Shown here piece after piece: positions 24,981 through 37,377 of a stretch of 40,781 bases of DNA (its first letter is position 1; each line of letters begins with the position of its first letter). The stretch covers positions 1-40,781 of the forward strand of contig CAJVPI010000231.1 of assembly GCA_910592345.1 (NCBI GenBank). The letters run 5' to 3'. The notes under the pieces are model-generated. The model searched no databases. It saw only the letters and a list, made by a program, of their open reading frames with translations, and was not told where the DNA came from. The position numbers and the translations under genes were made by a program. Source of the DNA: Paraglomus brasilianum (Eukaryota).

Positions 24981-25019
24981 AAATCAATCTCAAAGACTTT
25001 CTCCACAGACGTTGCTTAA

Positions 25020-26660
25020 ATGTCACTAAAAGATCAATTAGAATCTGCCCTAAAATTGCGCCAACAAAAATCACTCCTGCGTTCGCTCACAACCTTTCCT
25101 TCATCCTCTGCAGACTTTTCGTCCAACGACTTTTTAGGTCTATCTGTAAACGCTGCTCTCCACTCTCTTTTTCTTCATCATATAAACACATTCCCCCGTC
25201 CACCTCTAGGTTCAACTGGATCCAGATTGCTAGATGGAAACTCAACATATGCAGATGAATTGGATATATTTTTAGCTGATTTTCATAATGCTGAGAGCGC
25301 ATTGACATTTACGTCTGGGTTCGACGCCAATGTGGGATTTTTTTCATGCGTGCCTCAACGTGGGGATGCGGTTATAATAGACGAATATGTGCATGCTAGC
25401 GTGCATGATGGAATCAGGGCTTCCAGAGCAAATTTAGTAGTAAAATTTAAACATAACGATTTAATCGATCTGAAGAAAAGATTGGACGAGGTTGAGAGGA
25501 ATATTGGGAAAGGGAATAACATTTTTGTGTCTGTTGAGAGCTTGTATTCCATGGAAGGTGATATTGCTCCATTGACCGAGATTGTTGAAATATTGGATGG
25601 ATACAATGCATATCTTATAGTTGATGAGGTAATATGTAAATTACACTACGAACGATTGAGTTATTTCTATCCTGAAAAGTCCTAATGTCAGGAGATAACA
25701 ACCAAACGAGTGTAAGAATTCAAACATTATTTTTTTTCTGCCATAAGATGCCCTACTGAAAACAACTTGTAACATAATAGGCGCATGCAACAGGTGTATT
25801 TGGACCACAAGGACGTGGACTAACCTCTGAGATGGGATTAGAGAATAGAGTGTTTGCGCGTCTACATACATTTGGCAAGGCATTGGCAAGCAATGGAGGT
25901 GAGTAGACATTGACAATGTCAATTCCGGTTGCTCATCGTAACTATAACTGACTGACGCGAAAACCCCATTCTTGATGTTCTTCATGCAGCCGCAATAGTG
26001 GGGCCTCGATATCTTTGCTCTTATCTCGTCAATTACGCCAGACCGCTTATATATAGCACGTTTTTACCATACTCGAGCCTTATAAGCGTTAGATGTGCTT
26101 ATGAAGTTATGTCGGGCGGTGTTGGTGATAAGGTATGATAACTAGTAATCATAATAATATTAGTAATAACGCAAAAGTAACGAGTGCGTCGTTATCAAGT
26201 TTACCAATAGAATATCTTACATATAACGGTCGTGCTATTCTGTAGCTCCGACGGCATTTAAGAAAGTTGATACACTTGTTTAGATCGTCGCTTAGAATTC
26301 CACCCGACATGCTGCTGCCATCAACGAGTCCCATACAGGGAGTCATCATACCAGGTGAGTCCAAACGACCGTTGCTTTTTCAATTGGCCAGCATTACGTT
26401 AAAATGAAATTCTAACGCTATTATTTATAGGAAACGACAAAGTGGTAGAAATGTGCAAACTAATACAAAGTGCGGGGTATAACGTGAAGCCAATTAGATC
26501 ACCAACGGTTCCAAAAGGGAGAGAGAGGATAAGAATATGCATTCACGCAAGCAATACGGAAGAACAAATTAAAGGACTCTTACGAGTTATTGAAGACTGT
26601 GTTAACAAACACATACTCTATAGTGCGAACGTGACCAATCTTCAAAGGCCAAAATTGTAA
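25020..26660 (+). CDS. bioF: 8-amino-7-oxononanoate (KAPA) synthase, PLP-dependent, multi-exon
   Basis: DFSSNDFLGLS, GSTGSRLLDGN, SGFDANVG, HASVHDG, FKHND, ESLYSMEGD, spliced DE|AH, HTFGKA (PLP lysine), ARPLIYST, IRSPTVPKGRERIRICIH; ends in PKL. Confidence 0.93.
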
Positions 26661-26737
26661 TAAACAAAACGAATTAAATTATTTAACTTCAAATCAGGTG
26701 ATTTGCACCGATCAAAAAAATCGGAATATAATAATAA

Positions 26738-29644
26738 ATGTTTGTATCTGCGCATTCTTTCAGTTGCTTCTCCCCAACCTGTCATTATCCCGCATTGAGA
26801 TACCCGACGCAGATACATTTATTACTTCGCGCCTTTCTCCCACGCTATCTCTCGCGAATGTCTCGATCTACATCCGTTTCATCTGATTCGTTAGATACGT
26901 CCAAATATAATATCATTTCCGAGGGCAAAGCAAAAATACTTTTCCCAAAAGATAATGAGGTCTTTTATAACAATGTTCAGGAATTTAATAGAGACATTTC
27001 GATAGCTGTGATTAAGACATGGAGCGACATATTCTCGGAAGAAAAAGAAGTAAAATTAAGGAAGAGACGCGGTGAAGGTAGGAGTTTGGAAGGGGGTTAG
27101 CTTAAATCTTGCATCGGAAATAGGTCTAAGTATGATCATCTGATACCCGGCTAGGAATCGATATACAGGTTACGATAGCTTTCTTATCGTCTATTTTTCC
27201 ATAATCTCCCTCTCTTGTTTTTTCTATTCTTCTCTTGACTAAAAATCAATAAAACTTTATTTCTTTTTCGTAGCCCTACAAATTCACAGCTATCGAAGCT
27301 TTGGCTGCTAGTGGACTTCGGTCAATTCGTTACGCGAAAGAGATACCGAACTTGCGTCATATTGTCGCAAATGACCTCGAGTCTGAAGCAGTGAATTCTA
27401 TTAAAAGGAATTTAGAATATAATGGAATTAGTGAAGATATTGTTAGGCCTTGTCAAGCTGATGCGAGGTATTTATTGTATGGCAAAGCTAAAGAATAATA
27501 GGATGAGGAAACGAGCATGAGTTGAAGTTTGTTGTCAAGTTAACGAAGAGAAAATGGATCATGATTCTCCTATTAACGTTAATTAATTAAATATATTATA
27601 TGAAAAAGCGCGATGCTATACCAACATCGGACGCCCGATCTTAGATTTGACATGATTGATGTTGACCCTTATGGCACTTGTTCGCCGTTTCTTGATGGTG
27701 CCGTGCAGGCAGTTGTAGATGGAGGTAAGCTGATAAAGAGAAGGGGTACCAACGTAGAGATAACAGGGACTCGGTTACTCAATATCTCTTGTTTCTCCCA
27801 GGTTTACTCTGTATTACGTCCACGGATGTTGCTGTTCTTAGTGGATCGACCTATCCCGAGAAGTGGTACTTTTCTATTAATATATCTGGTCCATATTTGC
27901 ATCTTAATTAAGTAGTGACAATAATACTGATCCCAATTTCTATCTTACCAATGGACTTTGAATGAATGAAGCTTTTCTAATTATGGAGCAATGCCAGTTA
28001 GAGGCGAATTTATGCACGAACAGGTTTGATTTCTAGTTTGATATTTGCTTACTGTTTTTCCTCCCGCAAGATATTTATTGATTGACGGCTTGACGAAAGG
28101 CTCTCCGGATTCTACTCCACGCGATATCTACATCAGCATCTCGATACCAAAGATATATCCAACCACTGGTTTCTCTGAGCATCGATTTCTACGTTCGTGT
28201 ATTTCTACGCGTTTATTCTTCTCCCATTACTGTCAAGAAAGCTTGTTGGTAAGTACTATGGAATCAGGGTTTTCCCCCCCCGTTAAAAGTCAAAAATTTT
28301 AACCGTGTCTTATTTACAAATAGCAAGACATTACAAGCCTACACCTGTTCAGGATGTAAAAGTTTTCATACTCGCCCACTCGGCAGGATGACCGAGAAGA
28401 ACTCTTTTCTCTCAACGACTGGGCCTCCAGTTAATTCTTCGTGTGAATTTTGCGATGGGAAATTTCATGTATGCTGAAAAGAAAACGTGTTCTACTGTAA
28501 TATAGTTAATAGTACTTACCCGCTAATCAATGTGTGCATGTAATTTGTACGATGATTTAGATCGGTGGTCCAATGTGGGGCGCAAACTTACATGACCGGG
28601 AGTTTGTTAAAAGATTACTAGAAGACGTTCGAAATGCGACCACCGATGATTACAAGACACATTCGAGGATGTTAGGAATGCTGACTTTGGTTTCCGAGGT
28701 TAGTCTGCATTTGTAATAATGAATTTGTTGCAAGCTGAACTGCAAAAAGTCATGATGCAATAATTATGTTTAGGAAATAGATTTCCCATTTTACTATACA
28801 CCATCAGGACTATCGGGAATTATACACTGCACAGTGCCACCATTGAAAACCTTTTGGTATGTATCAATGGTTTTATTTAACAACTGCTCTCAAATCAAAT
28901 CACTAATGTTGGCAACATTTACTATCAGTTCAGCTCTCTTAAATGCCAACTATCAAGTCTCTGCGTCACATGCGCTAGCTGGATCGGTGAAAACTAATGC
29001 CCAACCTGGAGTTATCTGGGACATTATGCGAGGATGGGTTAGAAGCAGATAATAATTTTTTTTGTCCTATCAAAACATGTGCGAACACGTAGTAAGCTGA
29101 GAGTTTTTCGTGTAACCCATTACAGGTCAAGCGCGAACCTGTTGTTCAAAAGAATATTACTGCAAACTCACCCTCAAAAAAAATCCTAGCAGTGGAACCC
29201 ACGTAAGTTTTGTTCTCAATGCATTCAGATTGACCAAGTTTGGAGCATGAGATTCTGACTGAGGTTTTCCGTTTTATAGTCTTGAAGTAGATTTCACTTA
29301 TAATAAAGAGGCTGAGCCACCGTCAAGGAAGATAAAACTTGTGAGATATCAGATGAACCCCGAAAAAAATTGGGGACCCAAACCACGCGCAGGTCAGAGG
29401 AAACGCAAAATGTAAGCATGGAGCTTGTTCAACTTTTTCACTTCGTCATTTTATGAAATGGATCCAACTTATTAAATCTATATTTTATAGCAAAGATAAG
29501 AAGGACGGCGAACAAGTAGTGAAAAAAGTAGCGTTGGATGGGAATAAGGATGACGAATCGGTAGCTACGGGGACAGTGTTAGATGAGAAGGATAATGAAC
29601 TGGTAGTGGATAAGAAAGGGCAGTCGGATGAAATTACGACATGA
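26738..29644 (+). CDS. TRM1: tRNA (guanine-26-N2)-dimethyltransferase, multi-exon
   Basis: [60 protein letters not shown]...CEFC zinc motif, [24 protein letters not shown]. Confidence 0.92.
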
Positions 29645-29819
29645 ATGTCAATGTGATAACTTGTATACATCCCGTATTGATTAGGCATATCGCTGATGAT
29701 AAATTTAATTGGGTCTGCATGTATAGTTGCAATTTTCACGTCAACAATGACAATTAACATGTAGTTCGCCATTTGTTTTTAAAGTGACTTTTGCAATAAT
29801 AATTTATATAACTCTAAAA

Positions 29820-31712
29820 TTACGATGCTGTAAATGCTTGATGACCTGTTATTGCTTTTCCAATAATTAAAGAATGAATGTCATGTGTTCCTGTTATAAG
29901 CGTAAATGAAGATTAGATGCCCGTTCTACGACCAACAATTCTCAACAATTTTCTATTAATATTACCTTCATAAGTATTAGTGGTAACCAAGTTCTGCTCG
30001 TGTCTAATTATATGATACTCGTCGCTGATACCATTTCCACCTAAAACTTCTCGCATTGTTCGTGCAATTTCAAGCGCTTTCCCACACGAATTACGCTTTA
30101 TCAGGGATATCATCTCGGGCGCTATTTTGTCCTCATCTTTCAATCTACCGACACGAAGACATCCTTGTAGACCGAGTGCTATTTCAGTGTTTGCATCAGC
30201 GAACTTCTTCTGAACTAACTGAAACCTGGCCAACGGTACTCCAAATTGACGACGATCAAGTGCATATTGACGCGCTTGGGCAAGACAGAATTCCGCAGCG
30301 CCAAGAACACCCCATGCGATTCCATATCTTGCATTGTTCAGGCAACTGAATGGGCCCTATTAAAAATACATAAATGTAATATTAAGCTTAGTATGCATCT
30401 TAGTTTGAAATAAATTCAAGTCCTGCACGGCTACATACCTTAAGGCCCTCGACATGAGGAAGTATGTTTTCCTCGGGAATTTCAACACCATCCATCATTA
30501 TCATTCCGGTGATAGATGCTCGAAGGGATAACTTACCCTCAATCGTGGGTGTAAATAGACCTTTCATCCCCTATAGCAAAAATTTAATAAATTATTAGAC
30601 AGGCTATGTTATATATACTTGCAAAAACATTGAAGTTTCCATACTTTTTCAAGTATGAATCCACGTATTTTGTTATCCTCTTTGCACTTTGCCCAAACAA
30701 TCAAGATATCGGCAATGGGTGAATTCGTGATCCACGTCTTTGCCCCATTGAGAATATAAGTATGGCCTATCTTTTGAGCATAGGTCTCCATGCCAGATGG
30801 ATCTGAGCCATGGTTAGGTTCGGTTAATCCGAATGCGCCCACCATTTCACCTTTAGCTTTATAAAATACGAAAATTATTGAGCGAGCAATTTCACTTGAG
30901 AAACGCTACCCATACAATGATCATTAGATACCTAGTTTGGGTAAATATTTATCTTTTTGCTCTTGTGATCCAAACTCATAAATCGGATGCATAACTAATG
31001 AAGACTGAACGCTCATGGCAGATCTATAGCCACTGTCGATCCTATTAGTTAATGATAGATTCACGTCAGCGATTTGTGAAAAATCTTTGAACACAGTGGG
31101 TTTACAATATGTAAGATCTATTGAACGATATGCATTTACGATTACCTTTCAATCTCACGTGCAATAAGACCGTATGCGACCGATGATACACCAGCACATC
31201 CATATCCTTTTATCGTTGAACCGAGCAGACCCAATGCTCCCATTTCGTGTAGCACATCGCGGTCAAATTCTATAGCAAACAAGTACTGGTTCATTTGTTA
31301 TTCATATTTCTCTTCTCCCCATTAATAATTGTATGTGCGTCACTGCATTACTTACGTTCATGACGATATGCTTCTAATATTCTCGGAAAGAGTTTACCAT
31401 TACTGTATGCACGAGCAGTTTCACTATAGATAACAAGACAATATTAAATAATGATCAACTTGTCATGTAACATATAAATTAAATATTTTTACCGAACAGC
31501 TAATTCTTCGTCTGTCAGCTGCTTCTCCAACAATAATGGGTCCTCCCAATTATAAGTTGCTGCAAAAATGTCATATTGGCGAACCTCAAATAGTCGCATA
31601 CAGTTGTATTATTAAAACTATATTCACCTAAAGACGATTTCCACCTTCTACATTCTCGGAAGTGTTTGGCAGGAAACAAGCGCCTTAAAGTGTTAATAGG
31701 AGTGCGAATCAT
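29820..31712 (-). CDS. GCDH: Glutaryl-CoA dehydrogenase, mitochondrial, multi-exon
   Basis: Arg-rich presequence [109 protein letters not shown]. Confidence 0.93.
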
Positions 31713-31884
31713 GGGATAATCGAGGAAGAAGAAGAAGAAGAAGTTATCACAGAATTGGGGTAAAAACGGCTTGCTGGCAACCCCTTAACGTTAACAAAGA
31801 ATTTCAAAAATTTAAAGTATTTCTCAGGGTCATGTGAATTATAATCATCTGACACGGACAAATTTCCTTTTTTTGACTCGAGTT

Positions 31885-34800
31885 TTATTTTATTTTCTTA
31901 TTTTTATTCCTCAAATCTTCTGTTGCTTTTGTATGTTTGATACCTAGCAATGATGAGTTATCTACAAAATGTAATAATAATATCAACACATGGATCCCAC
32001 AAGATAGCGTCTTAATAAATCACAACTTACGCGTCTTCTCATCTAACAATCGATCAGCCAAATCCCTCACGACGCCACTTGTGATGTATTTTGTTGATAT
32101 ACCTCTTGGAATTACTGGCTGCGATAAGAGGGATTTCAACTGAGCTTTAAGTGACTTGATACGTTGCTTCTTCTCTTTCGTTTCGGAAATATCCGTATCG
32201 TTTAGTCTACATACAAAAGACTTGTTAGAGCAAATAATTAATTGAGCCCGATCAAGTCAATAATACGTACAAATCTTCATCAATATCAATTTCAAGTTCT
32301 TTGGCAGCTTGCTTATACCAGTCATCATCATGACCAACCTAAAGAGGAGAATGTTAAAAACAAAGACCATGTATTTCATTTCAAGATGAACATGTGTCTA
32401 GAGAATGCACCTTCTGCAGACGATGCTCCTCGGCGTCGATCTGTTTCGCTAGATTTATGCGTTGCTTGAGTTTCTTTACAATACCATGTTCCACAGGGAA
32501 ATCGGGCAGTCCATCAGCTGAGCAAATTGAACTATGTCAGGATGTATACACGCAGTTAAAAATAATCTACATATACTCAACCTTTCTTGAGCTTATAACA
32601 TATCTTTTTATATAAGCTCTGTTCTTCAGGGCTGCAAAGCATTAAACTTATTCCTGATTTATGTGCTCTTGCAGTCCTTCCACTTCTGTGGACATATATC
32701 TAAATGCACATCATAGACTTTTGTTAAACTGGTGTAAGATGTTGAACACATTTATTACAACTTACATCTCCCGAGCGAGGTAATTGGTAGTGAATTACGT
32801 GTTCTACCATAGGAATATCTAGACCTCTGGCTGCAACGTCGCTAGCTACCATCACTGCTTTGATGTTCGCCTTAAATCTATATATTTAATGTCATATGAA
32901 GATAAGACAATACATACAATTCGAATCATTTAATCTTTTTTATACCCACCGGTCCAAATTCTTTAAGCGTTGCTTCTGTTGCATCTGAGCGTGTAGTCCA
33001 AGCACTTCAACACCCAAAAGTCTCATCACAGGAACCAACCGACGGATAGCGTCAATACTATTAACAAATATTAAAGTACGACCTGGGTATCGAAGAACGA
33101 AATAGTATACATAGGCGTCCTACAAACAGATAATCAATTAATTATTCGTTCCTAAATCTTGTGCATATCGAAACCCACGCCGTTGTACATGTTACTAAGC
33201 TTACCTTATCATTAACGGTACAATCAACCTTTGATTCCTCAAGCGATTCCGGAACTATATCATCGGAAGTCACATCCACAAATGCTGGTTGTTCATCTTG
33301 AAACTCTAACCTCCCCATCAGCTCTTCCATCGTACCGCTTTTCCCATCTTTATCTTTTTCCCCGTCTCCACTCTTACTCTTCCACCTCTTCTTCTTCAAA
33401 TCCTCTTTCAAACTAGCATCTAATGTAGCAGAAAACACAAATGTCTGTCTCGGAGGTAAATCAATATTGGCGACTTTTACTTCTGCTCCCCATTCATCTG
33501 TATGTACGCGCTTGCGAGAAAGAACCGTCAATATTTGCGAAAGCTCGTTGAAATGATTCTTTTCCAACATGCGATCGGCTTCATCTAAAACGAGAAAACG
33601 GATCGAACGGAGACGGTTTAGAAAAGTAGAATCGGCGGAAATTATATCCCATAAGCGTCCCGGTGTGGCAACTATTATATTAGGTTTTTGCAATAGCAGG
33701 CGATTTTGCTTCTGAACTGACATGCCACCTACTATTATCATCATCTAAGGGGGAAAAAAGAGAAAGAAACAAACAGGATAAAGTCACTGAGGATGCTAAA
33801 CAATTGGCAATAAAACTGTGCAGGACTTACCTTCAGACGCGCATGCTTGCCAATATCCTTGAGATGGTCTTTAACTTGGATTGCCAATTCTCTCGTAGGC
33901 GCCAGAATCAACCCCGCCAACTCACACTCCCTCTCCTTTTCATTCATTGCTAGTAAATACTGTAGGATGGGAATGCCGAAAGCTAAAGTCTTCCCAGACC
34001 CTGTTTCGGCGGTGCCTATGACATCGCGTCCGGATAACCCAAAAGGCAGCGCCTTCTCTTGAATAGGAGTTGGTTTGGTAAAGTTTAGAGACTCTAAAGC
34101 TTCCAATATCGCGGGGAAGAGGTTAAAAGTCGACCAAGGAGACTTGTTGGAATCTGCATAAAAGAATAAGGTAAAGGAGGCGTCCGATAGAGTCACAAAA
34201 ATACAAAAAAGCGATAATCGCCAACTTAACGTGATTCATTAGTTACCTTTCAAGGGAATGTTTTGCTCTTTTGCATTTTGCGTTTTTCCCTTCGCCATCA
34301 GTTCGTTGTTTTTGTTTTTTTGTTTTTTTTGAGGTGTCTCTTGCACACTTTCCGACGTCTTCAACTCTCCGTCAGTGTCAGAATCACCGACAGTCTCCCG
34401 ATCATCATCGTCATTGACTTCTTCAGGTCCGCTTTCATTCATAAGTCTGTCCTCTTGTTTATCCGGATTTTTGCTTTTGCCCGCAGCGCCACTCGATGCA
34501 TCATCCTGCTCTCCTGCATCCTCCAATTTTGCTAGCTCTTCATTGAACTCATCAAGATCATAGTATTTCTGTGTCTCTTCGACGGATAAGGGTTCCTCGG
34601 GCTTTGCAGAGTCTCTTTTATTAGAATTTTTTTGCTTCCAGCCCTTCACTTTCTGATATTGGAAAAAAATTTAAATTTTTTAATAAACTCACTTCTTTAT
34701 GACCAAGACCGTCTGTCATTCGTGATACAGTCTGACGGACTTACTTTGAATTTTACCACTTTCCCCACTTTATCATTTCCCTTATATTCGATATCAACCC

Positions 34801-35107
34801 CATCGATCTCTTCAAGACATAAAAATCCACCAAGGTCATCGCCGAGAAATACCGAATCAGGACAAACAACCTCAGACCAGCCCAGATTGCCAATCTCAAC
34901 AAATTCTTGCTCATCCGTTGATGAGTTTGGGCGACTGTGCTTAGCGAGCTTCGGATTCGAGTCAGACTTTCCACGCTTACGTTTTTTTTGTAAAGATGAA
35001 GGATTGGTCGGAGTTGATTCTGTTTTTGTCTTTTTACTAGGTCGAGATGTTTGAAGAGGCTTTGATTCTGAATTTGCCGTCAACGGTTTCTTTCTATATT
35101 TTCCCAT
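31885..35107 (-). CDS. MAK5: DEAD-box RNA helicase of the MAK5/DDX24 type, multi-exon
   Basis: [13 protein letters not shown]-terminal motif, Q motif [68 protein letters not shown]. Confidence 0.9.
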
Positions 35108-35369
35108 TATATATAAACTGAGAGAAATTTTGCTGGGTGATCGACACAAAACCTGAACTTTATGTTCGTGTAACTGCGTACTTGGCGCAGTTTTCACACG
35201 CGTGAGAAATGGAGTATGACAATACAGTCACGCACGACGTACAGAACGTTCAGTTGTAGATTATATATTTGGTTGGGAACATAGATTGATAAAGTTCAAA
35301 GAATCATACGAGTTGAAAGTATAATAAAATACACGTATACGATAAAAATATTTATTCTTGATTTATTAG

Positions 35370-36385
35370 CTACAAATGTCAGTCAAGTTTATTATGTTCG
35401 TCTTTACTAGAGATCTCGTCGCTATCCTCGTTATCTTTTCAAGCAACAACCTCACTCGCGCACGTCTTCAGCCTGTTTCAGCTTCAGCTCCCACAAATGA
35501 TTATATTTAACCATAGATTTCATAAGAATATAAAGAACTATTCTAAGCAAGAGCTATTATCGAAATAAAAGAATCGCATATACTAAAGATAATGTTCGCC
35601 AAAGAAATTTTGACTACTTAAATAACTATTATTTCACTAAACTAACAGGGATTTTCGATAAATCGGGACTCCGTCACTGATTGTGTATGTGTAACTGGTT
35701 AAATATCGCAGCTTTTGTGCACCAACGGAAATCATGGATATTAATACGTTATTACCGTTAGACTTGACCTTGACACCAACATGCTGGCCTTCTATTTCTG
35801 AATGCTTGCATTTTTCTTTTAGTAATGTGGATCTGAATGAGAGCCTGAGCCATACCCTGATTGAAAAGTTTATTTTTTATTTCAACAAGACTGACAACTG
35901 CGTCATACAAGTCCAATGACCCGCGACCGTATTTGCCTTCAATATAATGCTGAACACTTTCCATCAAAAAATATCGCAGTTTTGTGCGTCAAATATTTGC
36001 TGTACGCTCTATAAGATGGCTCATTGACATTCACAAATATTGGCTTGTTTCGAAACTTTAGGTCGTCAAAAAAATATTTATTGTATTCTTTCGAATCACG
36101 AAGGCCGTAATGCCTACAAAGGTCACGATCAATTTTTGCTTTTATGTGAGATGATAACAAATACCGCATTCAAACTTGGACAAAACTTGGTATACACCAG
36201 GTAGTCCAAACAGTTCGCAGACTCCATTCCGCAAACGAAAGCTTAGCAAGAAATCTGATGTTAACATGCGTGTCTTCACGAAATTCATTGTCTTTGATTG
36301 TATTTATTTAATCCTACGGTATTATTCCACCGTAAGAGTTATTCAGTTGTTCTGTTGGAACCTTTGACCACATCCTATATAGAGA
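35370..36385 (-). pseudogene. Fragmented relic of a Crinkler-associated restriction-endonuclease-fold-like gene
   Basis: Across frameshifts: KLSFAEW / VCELFGLP...LSKFECG / NVNEPSYRAY / YIEGKYGRGSLDL...LVEIKNKLFNQGMAQALIQI..KRK / VRLLLEKITRI. The D...ExK...QGxAQ order resembles PD-(D/E)xK-like families expanded in these fungi (from memory, not searched). Confidence 0.4.
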
Positions 36386-36871
36386 AAGGTGTCGACTTTT
36401 GGTTGTTTATATAGCTATTCTAAAATTTACATTTAGTGATCATGATATTAATATTTAAAGCTTCACGTTTACCATATTAATATAGTTCCGAAAACAAGCA
36501 CCCCCAAATTTTTACCGACGAAAATAAGCTTATTTTCGTATACGGTATTGCTAATAATTAGTGCAACACAAGTAGCTTACATGTTATGTTATTAACATCA
36601 ACTCTGAAGCAGCCGGACTGTTTACCAGTTTGATAGTTTATAAGTGCCTTGAAGGACTGTCAAATGGAAGCTTATAATAAGTAAATTTTATTAACTTGTA
36701 GCGTGGCTTTGATACGATGATCATATGTTTACATTGTCGATATTAATATGCAAATTTTATTGGTTGTACACGGATAATACACCACTAACATGAAATTAAT
36801 GTATGGTCTAAATTTCTCATAATAAATGGAAACATGTTAATAATAATAATAGTCCCAAAAGTTCTCTAACT

Positions 36872-37259
36872 TTATGAACATATTAATCTAGTAGACTTGG
36901 TTTGCAACGGAGGAGTAAAGCTGTTGACACCAGAGCCAGTGAAAATAAGTCCTTTACAGTTTTCGCCACTGTAAAATTTGTAAACAACGTTGCTAGGAGC
37001 ACTGGCCATACTTATGGGATCTGTAGGATCAGTTCCAAAACAGCCAGATTGTCCACTACCGGTCGTATGAGTAAATTTACCTTTGAGAACTAACGTGAAA
37101 AAATTTTTATTAGTACGAAAAATACCTTTACATCATAAACAAACTTTATTAATGTTTAATATTAAACTTACCGATTTCACATGGTGTTTTAGCAGGAGCA
37201 GCATAGGTTCCAGCAGCCAAACTGGCAACCAAGAATACGAGGATTGAATGGAATTTCAT
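36872..37259 (-). CDS. Small secreted 4-cysteine protein, 101 aa; exons 37259-37172 and 37089-36872
   Basis: MKFHSILVFLVASLAAGTYA|APAKTPCEIVLKGKFTHTTGSGQSGCFGTDPTDPISMASAPSNVVYKFYSGENCKGLIFTGSGVNSFTPPLQTKSTRLICS*. Classical signal peptide, 82-nt GTAAGT...TAG intron, total 306 nt in frame. Confidence 0.85.
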
Positions 37260-37367
37260 TTTCTCTGTTGTTTTTGCTTGTGAATATGAGTTTAATGATG
37301 TACTTGATTGTCCACGACAAGATGTGTGAGCTTGCTGATGATTCCTACGAAGGGTGAGGCAGGTCTT

Positions 37368-37377
37368 CTTTTTATAA
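37368..37377 (-). promoter_or_regulatory. Putative TATA box of the small secreted protein gene
   Basis: TATAAAAAG on the minus strand about 110 nt upstream of ATG 37259. Confidence 0.45.
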
